A stretch of 50,445 nucleotides of DNA from a virus (taxonomy: Duplodnaviria > Caudoviricetes): positions 1-50,445 of the IMG/VR virus record IMGVR_UViG_3300036858_000014; one strand, 5' to 3'. The position numbers and the translations under genes were made by a program. Shown here one piece after another: positions 36,766 through 45,154 of the stretch. Position 1 is the stretch's first letter; every line of letters starts with the position of its first letter. The notes below the pieces were generated by a model. It had not been told where the DNA came from. It saw nothing but the letters and a program-made list of their open reading frames with translations, and made no database searches.

Positions 36766-36838
36766 CTGGTTGTCGTTTGGTCAACCAGTCGAACTGTGTG
36801 AAATTGTCACACAGTTGTTTTGTTTAACAGAACAACTG
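36763..36838. repeat. Array of three short palindromic units
   Basis: TAACTG-N17-CAGTCG; GAACTG-N15-CAGTTG-N15-CAACTG; each N segment is partly self-complementary. Confidence 0.75.
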
Positions 36839-36844
36839 ACACAC

Positions 36845-36880
36845 AAAAAGAGCGTGGGCTTTTGCGGCCTGCGCTCTTTT
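36845..36880. terminator. Bidirectional terminator
   Basis: AAAAGAGCG...CGCTCTTTT stem between convergent genes. Confidence 0.7.
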
Positions 36881-36893
36881 GCGTTGCTAAGGG

Positions 36894-37142
36894 TTAGTAT
36901 TCAGGGTAAATTTTTCGGGCGCTGTTACCGTAAACCCGATACCCGTATTCCCGTTCATGGCATCCCGCTTCGTGGTTAAACACTGAATACCATACTACGC
37001 CGTCAGCTTTGCCAAAAGCTATCTCTAGCGCGGCGCGGGCTGCACGCGGGGTTAAGCGGTCAAATCCGTTTACGTTCACTTGTTGGCTAAATGTCCGGTA
37101 TTCAGGGCGCGTAACGGTTTTGGTAGCAGTGACTTGTATCAT
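36894..37142 (-). CDS. Hypothetical protein
   Basis: Own -10 (TATACT) and GAGAGAACGAG leader. Confidence 0.65.
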   Translation of the reverse strand: MIQVTATKTVTRPEYRTFSQQVNVNGFDRLTPRAARAALEIAFGKADGVVWYSVFNHEAGCHEREYGYRVYGNSARKIYPEY

Positions 37143-37460
37143 CTCGTTCTCTCTTTCTGTTTAACTATATAAACAGTATAGTTCATTTTTATGAACACTA
37201 CACCCCTAATAATTAGGGGTTAGCCCCTAAATAAAAGAGACGTGTTTTTGTCACGCCTCTTTCACATATACGATGTGCTATAAAATCCTACTGTCAGTAT
37301 GTCGGTTAGGAGACTAGCCGCGTTTTCCCCCGTTTATTCTGATCTATCCGATAGACTAACTATAACACCGGAATCAAAAGAGCGCCACTAGGACGCCCTT
37401 CTGACGGATATAGGAGACGCTTGGCGACTCACACGGGTGAACCCGTCATTTCATCCGATA

Positions 37461-37531
37461 AGCGCAGTGATGGAATCGAACCATCCTACCAAGCATACGA
37501 TCTTGCGCCTTCACCAGACGGCAAACTGCAC
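37461..37531 (-). tRNA. tRNA-like RNA with non-canonical anticodon arm and no encoded CCA
   Basis: Acceptor GUGCAGU/ACUGCGC; D arm GCC..UGGU..GGC; T arm GAUGG-UUCGAUU-CCAUC; anticodon arm CAAG-AUCGUAUG-CUUG. Confidence 0.65.
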
Positions 37532-37662
37532 TCCACTATCATCATACCCCATAATGCATTACCGCGCCAATAAAGACGCGGTAACTCCCGAAAAGGGGCA
37601 GGTAAAGGTTCGCACTACCGCCGTTATGTTTCGCGTCCCACGCGCGGCTAGGGACGATGGCG

Positions 37663-38154
37663 CTAGGTGCGCTTGTAGCCTAGCACAGGCCAGTCTTTTT
37701 TCACGGCTTGGCTGTACACCGCCTCGTTACTCTTAATGCTGGTAACAAGGGTGAGGATTGAAATAATCGCGGTGTTAAGGAAGTCGAACCCGGCACTTAG
37801 TTCGCTGTCGAAACCATACCGCCGCGCAACCAATACCAGCGAAACAAGGATAGCCGCAACGGTGTATTTCAGGATTTCGCCGCTGACTTTAGAGAGGGGC
37901 GGGATACGCTTCAAAACACTGACAATGGATGTCGTGATAGGCGCTGATAGCATCGCCGCCGCAATCGCAATAAAGGCGTTTAGCAGTGTCACACCAACGG
38001 CGTCTTCTGGCGGTACTTCTGGGAACGGGTCGGCGGGCGTAGGAACGGGCGTCACTTCCGGCGCGGGTGTTTCGGTGCTTTCCTGTGCAAGTGCAAACGT
38101 GGGTAGCAGTAGGAAGCATAGCGAGAGGAGTAAGAGGGCGAGTCGTAGTTTCAT
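37663..38154 (-). CDS. Holin-like membrane protein with signal peptide
   Basis: MKLRLALLLL...ALA-Q signal, Pro-rich linker, 3 TM segments; next to the lysin candidate. Confidence 0.5.
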   Translation of the reverse strand: MKLRLALLLLSLCFLLLPTFALAQESTETPAPEVTPVPTPADPFPEVPPEDAVGVTLLNAFIAIAAAMLSAPITTSIVSVLKRIPPLSKVSGEILKYTVAAILVSLVLVARRYGFDSELSAGFDFLNTAIISILTLVTSIKSNEAVYSQAVKKDWPVLGYKRT

Positions 38155-38164
38155 AGTTAGTCCT

Positions 38165-39313
38165 TTACAATTCGGTTTCTGCGGTTTCATCAAGTCGATT
38201 CAAGATGTCGATTACATTTGCAACCCGGCGGTTAGCGGCGCTTAAGTCCGTCATGGCGTCGGCTATCATGGCGCGTATCTGCGCTTTTGTATCCGGCGTC
38301 GGCATCGGCTCATCGGGCGGTTCTGGCGGCGGCGGGGGATTAGGGTCACTCGCATACAGCATACGCGGGATAGCGGTATCTGCAATGTTGTAATTCACCC
38401 AGTCGGGATTTTGCCCATAACCGAAGATTAACGCCGCTTCCACGTCAAATAGTTGGTTCGCATCTACCCAAGCCATCTGTTTTACATAGGCTGTGTTTCT
38501 ATCCCATTGAGGCCACCAGTCCTTCCACTGCGGTTCAAGCGTTTTAAAACCGTTGACACTACCGCCGTTATGCTTCAAGCTGTTGAGCCATACGCCTATG
38601 TCACTTGTGTAATCAAAACTGGTTTCGGTGTAGATAACGCGCGGGCGCTTGATGCCGTTACGATCACACCATGCGTATAAAAACCGATGCCGTCCAATGT
38701 GAAAACAGGTTGCTTTCTCAATCTCAGCACGGGTAGGCCAGTTCTCAGGCGGGATTAGGTTTTTACCCTTCCCTTTCAATTCCGGTTTATTAGGGTCAAC
38801 ACCCGCGTTGTCAGGATACCCGCCGTAAGTTCCAGACGTAGCAGCGCCGCCCGCGTAAGCATGTAACCCCACGATAACGAACTGCGGAAAATCCGCCGCT
38901 AGTTTAAGCAAGTCTTTAGCGCGGTCAAAATCAGGGGTATCATATGTTCCGGTAGCAGGGTTTAGCACGATAACAGGCTGTTTATTCTCGATACCGTATC
39001 GCGCCAAGTCGTATTCCCATTGGATAATCTCAGCCCCTAAACCGCTTTCATTATGCCCGTGAACAATACAGCCGTTATCTGAAATTGGCTTGCTAATCCG
39101 TAAGAAGTCTTTAGCCCCTACACGCTTATGCAGTTCACCATCAGGCCATTGTCTAACAATTACCGTCATGTTTGGAAATGCACGTTTACAGGCGTAGGCA
39201 GTTGGGGCGCGGTCGCCATAGAATAGAATGGCGGGGGATTTCATAGCAGCAACGTGGTTAAACAGCACGTTTTCATCGTCGGGGTTTAGGACGTTTAAAC
39301 CTAGTTTGGTCAT
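38165..39313 (-). CDS. Glycoside hydrolase-like (clan GH-A TIM barrel) lysin candidate
   Basis: KLGLNV, VIVRQW.D, HNE, GLHAY, VIYTE, AALIF; Pro linker and helical C-terminus. Confidence 0.55.
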   Translation of the reverse strand: MTKLGLNVLNPDDENVLFNHVAAMKSPAILFYGDRAPTAYACKRAFPNMTVIVRQWPDGELHKRVGAKDFLRISKPISDNGCIVHGHNESGLGAEIIQWEYDLARYGIENKQPVIVLNPATGTYDTPDFDRAKDLLKLAADFPQFVIVGLHAYAGGAATSGTYGGYPDNAGVDPNKPELKGKGKNLIPPENWPTRAEIEKATCFHIGRHRFLYAWCDRNGIKRPRVIYTETSFDYTSDIGVWLNSLKHNGGSVNGFKTLEPQWKDWWPQWDRNTAYVKQMAWVDANQLFDVEAALIFGYGQNPDWVNYNIADTAIPRMLYASDPNPPPPPEPPDEPMPTPDTKAQIRAMIADAMTDLSAANRRVANVIDILNRLDETAETEL

Positions 39314-39701
39314 ATGGCATCACCTATTCCTATACACGCCCATTATAGCACACTCTAGCACCAGAAACACAAAAGCGCCCGTTAAGGCGCCTTTGTGTCA
39401 GTCTTGGCTCTGCAGCCCAGCTATCATCCATTGTGATAACCATCGTGAGGCCTACTACCGAACTTGTGATCGGGTTCAGTCTCAAACACCATTATAAACA
39501 CAAAAGCGCGAGCTTTGCAACCCGCGCCTTGTGCTTTGCAGACCCATCAGGAAGGAGTTATAGGACGTTCCCACACATTAGACGCCCTATCGACATACAC
39601 AGTATAACGTGGGTTGCGGCGGGGTGCAAGTAAAATCTACATCTTGCAATTGTTTACAATAGGTGCTATTATGGAGTATCTACTAATTAAGGAGAGTCAT
39701 A

Positions 39702-39962
39702 ATGCATGTAAACGGTGTTGATCTTAAGGTTACAAGGTTGAATGCAAAATGCGGCTATGTCCACTATGAAACAGCGTTTGGCGTTGACGCAAAACCAATT
39801 CATAACAGCGTAGCACAGGCGCTCAAAGCAAAACATTGGGCAGTCACGATGATACGGGAAATTAAGCCATCGGAATTACACCCTCAAAAAACAATCTATT
39901 GGGTACTAGATTACGCGCCCGATTCTGACACATTGCAAAAGCAGATTGATGAATTGACATGA
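39702..39962 (+). CDS. Hypothetical protein
   Basis: TTGCAA-N17-TATTAT promoter and AAGGAG RBS. Confidence 0.65.
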   Translation: MHVNGVDLKVTRLNAKCGYVHYETAFGVDAKPIHNSVAQALKAKHWAVTMIREIKPSELHPQKTIYWVLDYAPDSDTLQKQIDELT

Positions 39963-40246
39963 CGACAGAAATACACGGTGTCCGTTTCACCGATCACGAC
40001 TGGCAACTTGTCACCGACTACGCCGCCCGCGTCAACATGGCACCACAGCAATGGCTAGTGAACGTGGTTATCGGTGAACGGTTTCGTAGTTGGGGGGAAA
40101 CTTGGCAGGGGATAAAAGCGCGGGGTAATCCAACGTTCGGTAAACCAGCGCAACCGGGCAAGCGCTGCCGTTGTGACGTGTTCAAGGGCGACGGTATCGA
40201 CCAGTGTGAAACGTGCGGCTTGCCGCTTATGGAAAGGGGAGAATGA
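39959..40246 (+). CDS. Possible ribbon-helix-helix protein with zinc ribbon
   Basis: HGVRFTDHDWQLV..YA....PQQWL; C-terminal Cys cluster. Confidence 0.45.
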   Translation: MTTEIHGVRFTDHDWQLVTDYAARVNMAPQQWLVNVVIGERFRSWGETWQGIKARGNPTFGKPAQPGKRCRCDVFKGDGIDQCETCGLPLMERGE

Positions 40247-40464
40247 CAATGAAGATCAATAAACATCCGATTATCGTAAAGATCATTAGCCAACGTTGTA
40301 CTGGCTATGAGTTTAAGCCAGACTACTCAGCATCCATCATTGAGAACGTTGGGGAGGATGCAAACGGGACGAAATACCGTTTTACAACTGAACACAGACG
40401 CCGCAACGACGATGAGATGGGTACTGCATTGATGATTGATCGACACGATTACGTGATGATCTAA
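40213..40464 (+). CDS. Hypothetical protein
   Basis: Likely start MTMKIN at the ATGA overlap. Confidence 0.5.
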   Translation: MRLAAYGKGRMTMKINKHPIIVKIISQRCTGYEFKPDYSASIIENVGEDANGTKYRFTTEHRRRNDDEMGTALMIDRHDYVMI

Positions 40465-41075
40465 TCCACGCCCTTCTGGCTCTCAGTTTCGATAGCCGCC
40501 CCGTTTTGCAGAGGCGGCTTTTTTGTCGCATCGGCTAGGATGGCTTTTGCGACCTCGCCCGTAATCTTCGGCGGCGGGGTGCTTTGCAGCAGCATAGCCG
40601 CAATGTGTTCTTTCACGACCAAGCCCACGTCAGCGGGCAGCTTGTCAAGGCGTTCTAAGAGTTCATCGGTACGGCGCTTAAAGAACGCTTCTAAATCCAC
40701 AATGTTCGTAGACAACACGCCCAACGTTTCAGCAACCGCGTTATTATGATCTCGAAAGGACTTTTCCAACGTTACAAGGTTGTTGGATACCTGACTGGCT
40801 AACACGCCTTGCGCCTCAATCGCGCCTATGTTTTGGGCGCTTGTGCGTTCCATGCTGGCGATAACCTTTTCAAGCGATTTGAGGGCGGCAATGTTTTCAC
40901 TGTACAATGCTAGCAGCATTTTGGTTTCTTCGTTATTGCGGAGGGCTTCAGAATTTGCGTTTTTAATCGTCTGAATCAGAGCATAGATGATAAGCCCGGT
41001 AATACCTGAAAGGATGGCAAAGCCTGACGCCTTACCTAGCGCGTCTAGTAACTGAGGGGATAGCAAGTTTTCCAT
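40461..41075 (-). CDS. TM-anchored coiled-coil protein (lysis module)
   Basis: N-terminal TM segment followed by coiled coil. Confidence 0.55.
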   Translation of the reverse strand: MENLLSPQLLDALGKASGFAILSGITGLIIYALIQTIKNANSEALRNNEETKMLLALYSENIAALKSLEKVIASMERTSAQNIGAIEAQGVLASQVSNNLVTLEKSFRDHNNAVAETLGVLSTNIVDLEAFFKRRTDELLERLDKLPADVGLVVKEHIAAMLLQSTPPPKITGEVAKAILADATKKPPLQNGAAIETESQKGVD

Positions 41076-41150
41076 AGATAGTCCAGTGTAATGTAATCAC
41101 ACCGCTATTATAATAAATATATGTTATCTTGTCATGTTTCATATTTCTAA

Positions 41151-41447
41151 CTAGTCGCATCCGCAATCGTTTAACCGCTGCTTAAGGTCGGCAATCTGCA
41201 CTTGCGCGGCGTCTAGCGCTTGATCTTTTTCGAGGTTATCCGCTTGAAGTTGGGCTATCAAATCAAAGAATACCTTGCGCTGTTCGCCTGTGTCGGTTTT
41301 CTTTTTACCGACACTGTTAAATACGCGACGCACAACAGCGGGTGCTATCCATCCCGCAATAAGGGTAATCACTGCCCCTAGAATAGTGGCGACTTGCGCG
41401 GGTTCAAACGTGATGATCGGTGTTTGTTGCATGGTCATAGGGTGCAT
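41151..41447 (-). CDS. TM-anchored coiled-coil protein (holin/spanin-like)
   Basis: TM segment plus coiled coil. Confidence 0.5.
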   Translation of the reverse strand: MHPMTMQQTPIITFEPAQVATILGAVITLIAGWIAPAVVRRVFNSVGKKKTDTGEQRKVFFDLIAQLQADNLEKDQALDAAQVQIADLKQRLNDCGCD

Positions 41448-41772
41448 AGGCTAGTAAAACGACGATTACCGCGATTTGAGTGGCGTAGCTAATGGTAGCG
41501 GCCTTGCCTCTATCCGGTAGACTCCAGATGTAAATAATCCGGTATAGATATGCGAACATCAGCGGTAGCAAATGCCGCGCCTGATAGCGTTCTGGAACGC
41601 GAAAACCGATAGCCAGAATAGACGATAGCATGAGGATACCGCCTATCAGTTGACGCGGGATGGTGAAAGCACCAAAGACAAATTGGTTGTCAAGCAAGCT
41701 GTCGAAAGCGACAAAGAAACCGTAGACCGCCTGCCCTAGCAAGTATAGATAGGTGATGAGTCGTAGTGTCAT
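41404..41772 (-). CDS. Four-TM membrane protein (holin candidate)
   Basis: Four hydrophobic segments; lies downstream of the tail genes. Confidence 0.55.
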   Translation of the reverse strand: MTLRLITYLYLLGQAVYGFFVAFDSLLDNQFVFGAFTIPRQLIGGILMLSSILAIGFRVPERYQARHLLPLMFAYLYRIIYIWSLPDRGKAATISYATQIAVIVVLLAYAPYDHATNTDHHV

Positions 41773-41833
41773 ATCCGTATTATATGCGATTGTGGTAAAA
41801 TGGAAATGAGAGACGGTTAGAGAGGGGATAGAG

Positions 41834-42184
41834 ATGAACGATACAGAGTTGATGCAACTGGATAGGGAAGTAGCAAAAGCTGGCGGTTTAGACGTTAGCG
41901 AGTATTATGCATGGGCGCACGTAGTAAACAGTGAGTTTAAGCGGTTGCCTAAATACAGTACAGATTTGCGAGACGCCATTACTTTGGCGGGTGAACACTA
42001 TTTTGTTTTGCATCAAAACCCGCAACTTGAAGACCCTGAAAGATTATGGGAGTGCCAAATAGGACTAAATACAAAATTCGGTACAGGTAGCACCCCCGCG
42101 CTTGCAATTTGCCGTGCTTATCTGAACATGAAAGCAGACTATAACGCTAAGGTTTTGCCATCGCATAATTTAATTACTTCGTGA
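41834..42184 (+). CDS. Phage ABA-sandwich domain protein (moron)
   Basis: LDREVA...PKYSTD...A...TPALAICRAYL; own TG-TAAAAT promoter. Confidence 0.7.
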   Translation: MNDTELMQLDREVAKAGGLDVSEYYAWAHVVNSEFKRLPKYSTDLRDAITLAGEHYFVLHQNPQLEDPERLWECQIGLNTKFGTGSTPALAICRAYLNMKADYNAKVLPSHNLITS

Positions 42185-42242
42185 TAAGCGTTAGTCGTAC
42201 AATAGGTTGTTATCCGACTAATGCTGTCATGACGAAATGACA

Positions 42243-43421
42243 CTACCCCACGCGCCATCGCGCCGCGCGTAAGGGTTGACCAAATATCACCGGGCGATTA
42301 TTGCGCGCCCCAACTGCGGCCTCATTTGTAATATCGTCATACCCATAAAAACGAACCTGCTGTGCTTCAGCATCGTAATCAATTGCGTTGATGTAGGTCT
42401 GGCGAGGGTCATCAAAACTAGGAAATGTGTACCCCACTAAGCTATCTTGAATCTGGATAACTCTATCCGGCCTGACTAACCAAGGATGAACCAATCCCCC
42501 GGTAACATAACGAGGGCGCATCCCATCGCTAACATAGGCATAGTATTCAACGCTGGTATTTGTCGGGCGGTAATACAATCGACGTGTACCGGTTGCAAAA
42601 TTAGTTGGCTCAACACCGACTACCCAAGGGACGCCCGAACCATCACCGCACTGTGCATTACTATCCAAACTATCCCATACCGTTTTACCGGGGCTATCTC
42701 CCGTTGCGCGGGATGCTGTGTTGGTTGTTACACCGCCTGTATTGGCATTGTCAAAAAACGTCGTACCGTTCGATAGTGCAGACAATCGCGCAAGTACGAA
42801 AGCGCTGTAAGTCTGGCTTACGCTGGAACTGCTAAAGAACAGTTGCCACTTGAGCGTTTGATAGATGCCAATAAGTTCTACAGATAACTCAAATTGCGCC
42901 CCCGGTGTAACCTCAGTTGACGATTGCGGGAACGATTGCGTATTGAGAATCTTATCGCCTAGCGCCGTTGGTTGTGCGCCTGTACCGCCCCAATGAAAAC
43001 CATATTCCGCACTGCCCTGCTTAATGCCGTACAGGTTTTGACTGGTTAGATTTTGCACAGCAGTCGTAACCGCTTGCACGCTGGTGCTTGTTGATGAGTA
43101 TACCTGCAAACTGTTATACATTTCGTCAAGCGAGATGGTAGTTGTGATGCCGCCATTGCTTAATGAAATGCGGTTAATCAATCCCTCGAATATCGGTTCA
43201 GCAGGGTTATCCACGTAGACCTGTACGAAGTTGCCAATGTAGGTCACAAGGAAATCATAGGCATCGGATACAGATGAGGGTTGCACCGTGCATGAGGCAG
43301 TATCAAACCAACCGTTTGCGCTAATCGTATGGCGGTAATTCGATACTAGAAAGCGCTTGAGATACTCGCTACCCCGGCGCGGTTTATTGTAAATGTTGAT
43401 GATATGAGGGGGAATAGTCAT
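42243..43421 (-). CDS. Tail tip/hub protein
   Basis: Second gene after tape measure; IFEGLINRI, S..LYGIK, PW.VRPD. Confidence 0.6.
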   Translation of the reverse strand: MTIPPHIINIYNKPRRGSEYLKRFLVSNYRHTISANGWFDTASCTVQPSSVSDAYDFLVTYIGNFVQVYVDNPAEPIFEGLINRISLSNGGITTTISLDEMYNSLQVYSSTSTSVQAVTTAVQNLTSQNLYGIKQGSAEYGFHWGGTGAQPTALGDKILNTQSFPQSSTEVTPGAQFELSVELIGIYQTLKWQLFFSSSSVSQTYSAFVLARLSALSNGTTFFDNANTGGVTTNTASRATGDSPGKTVWDSLDSNAQCGDGSGVPWVVGVEPTNFATGTRRLYYRPTNTSVEYYAYVSDGMRPRYVTGGLVHPWLVRPDRVIQIQDSLVGYTFPSFDDPRQTYINAIDYDAEAQQVRFYGYDDITNEAAVGARNNRPVIFGQPLRAARWRVG

Positions 43422-45154
43422 ACGTCACGCAGCCCTGACCAACGCGGGATAATATTCACGCGCACCGTATATGTGAAATCAGGGCGTGAACGGTAGTTAT
43501 CTGCGGGGTCTTCCATGCCTACAAAATAGAGACGGTTGTTGACTTGTGGTAATAGGGTTACAGGTGAGCCTTGCGTGTTTGTTGGATAGGGTGCGCTGTC
43601 GTAAGCGGTTGCACCATCCTTATCCACTAGATAACAAGCATACTGCGGACGCCCGCGCGAAAGATAACCAGTCGTGTCGCTAATGATGTCAGAATTGCCT
43701 AACCCGCTATCATTGGTCGCAATAAAACATACCTCGTCTTTGGGAATGAGAATAAGGTCAAGCACATCCAAGGTTGCAACACCACTAGCACGGGATGCTC
43801 TTAAGGCAATAGCGATAGATTGTACTGTATTATCAACATCAATCCCGTACCCTTCCATTCCTACCGTAGTACGGTCATCTGATAGCGGGATAGACAGAAT
43901 GCCCATATAGCTTAAGTACCAGTCGGTAGCGGCTCCTGCGGATACTGTTGGATTAGTCGATTGAAGTCTGATAGTTTGGCGAACAGCAGCATAACTTACC
44001 TCTAAATACATGGAAATATTACCAAACGCCCCTGCATTTTGACGCCCTCGAATAAACGCGACATATTCGCCGCGTAAAATATGGATGTCAGCAGCGTAGT
44101 AATCACCAGCAAAATTTAACCGTATCTGATCAGTAGCGGTGGCGAAAGATGTACGGCTAAAATAGCGTGTACCTAATGTGTTATTCGATAAGTTTCCCGC
44201 CCCGCTGGTAGCGCTGGTTTGTCGCGTGGTATCTGTCCCCATACCCGCATCACCCGCATTAAATTGCGCTATTGGGATACGAAATGACTGCTGCAAGTCA
44301 GCGCGACCAGAACCCGCATTAGCGCGGTTGACTACTGTTGTTGGCTTGGTAGATCGTCCGCACATCAGAATGTATGGCGCGTTATCACCCGTTAAATCCA
44401 CAAAAGCCAATGCGGGCGCGTCACCGGGGATTAGATTTGCTGGAATGTCAACATAGTTATTTGTTACCGTAACATTCAATGTTGTCGGATTTAATTCGGT
44501 ACGATTGTTCAGTGTCTTTTGCACCAGTGCATCCGAGCCGCGCCCCAAGTCCGCAACGTTGACATTAAAATTCCGCATGTTTCCGTCGCGCGTGTAATAT
44601 GACCACTTCTTAGGGTTATCACCCGGCGCAAGCCCGCGCCAATACGCCTCGCGTTCAATCGTCATGGTAATGTCGCGCACAGGTTGCGCAAGATCGTCAG
44701 GGTCATCTACTGCATACTCAATCGTGCGAATAAGAGCGTAGCGCGGCCCCGGCTCACCAACGATTTGGTGCTTCAGATAGACGGGCTGAATCTGGTTAAA
44801 GTCAATATAGAAGGCACTGGCTTGGGCTACAAACCAGTCTAATTGTCGCATCAGATTGTTTAAGGTCAGGAACGACCCCGGTGCAATTGTCAAGCGCAGT
44901 GTTTCGGTTACGTCTGTATCACTAACCACAATTGGATAACGCCCCGGTACGAGTGAGCTGTCCAACCACGCGCCGCCGTTTTTGATGCTTGGGCGTTGCG
45001 GGCTAAAACCACCCTCTGCTAGTACGCAAAATCCGGCTGGGTCTGCCAAGTCAAGCACAATAACGCCTAGCTCTGCACTGGCAGTATCACCGGGCGTCTT
45101 TTCAACTCCCCATATGATCTTAAGTTCGTAGTGGTCGCCAACTGGTGTAGGCAT
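43418..45154 (-). CDS. Distal tail (Dit-like) protein with inserted domain
   Basis: Follows tape measure; EREAYWRG, GDAPA, L.P..NNRL..V.IIPRW. Confidence 0.6.
   Translation of the reverse strand: MPTPVGDHYELKIIWGVEKTPGDTASAELGVIVLDLADPAGFCVLAEGGFSPQRPSIKNGGAWLDSSLVPGRYPIVVSDTDVTETLRLTIAPGSFLTLNNLMRQLDWFVAQASAFYIDFNQIQPVYLKHQIVGEPGPRYALIRTIEYAVDDPDDLAQPVRDITMTIEREAYWRGLAPGDNPKKWSYYTRDGNMRNFNVNVADLGRGSDALVQKTLNNRTELNPTTLNVTVTNNYVDIPANLIPGDAPALAFVDLTGDNAPYILMCGRSTKPTTVVNRANAGSGRADLQQSFRIPIAQFNAGDAGMGTDTTRQTSATSGAGNLSNNTLGTRYFSRTSFATATDQIRLNFAGDYYAADIHILRGEYVAFIRGRQNAGAFGNISMYLEVSYAAVRQTIRLQSTNPTVSAGAATDWYLSYMGILSIPLSDDRTTVGMEGYGIDVDNTVQSIAIALRASRASGVATLDVLDLILIPKDEVCFIATNDSGLGNSDIISDTTGYLSRGRPQYACYLVDKDGATAYDSAPYPTNTQGSPVTLLPQVNNRLYFVGMEDPADNYRSRPDFTYTVRVNIIPRWSGLRDV

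Noticed and set aside
36611-36979. 122-aa ORF reading through the palindrome array
   Set aside because: TTG start inside the Bro-N gene, and it crosses a terminator and overlaps a convergent gene; probably not translated, although its frame shows the cassette peptides.
37376-37460. Theta/HDV-like or hammerhead ribozyme in the tRNA trailer
   Set aside because: I could not build the nested double pseudoknot or find a CUGANGA/GAAA core by eye; kept only as a generic structured RNA.
39450-39487. Solitary CRISPR repeat (RNA anti-CRISPR), GTTTGAGACTGAACCCGATCACAAG...
   Set aside because: Only the 5' half loosely resembles type III repeats; the 3' handle does not, and the predicted transcription start falls inside it.
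42158-42184. Second dif-like site (CGCATAA-TTTAAT-TACTTCG)
   Set aside because: Only one arm resembles a Xer site and the symmetry is too weak to call.
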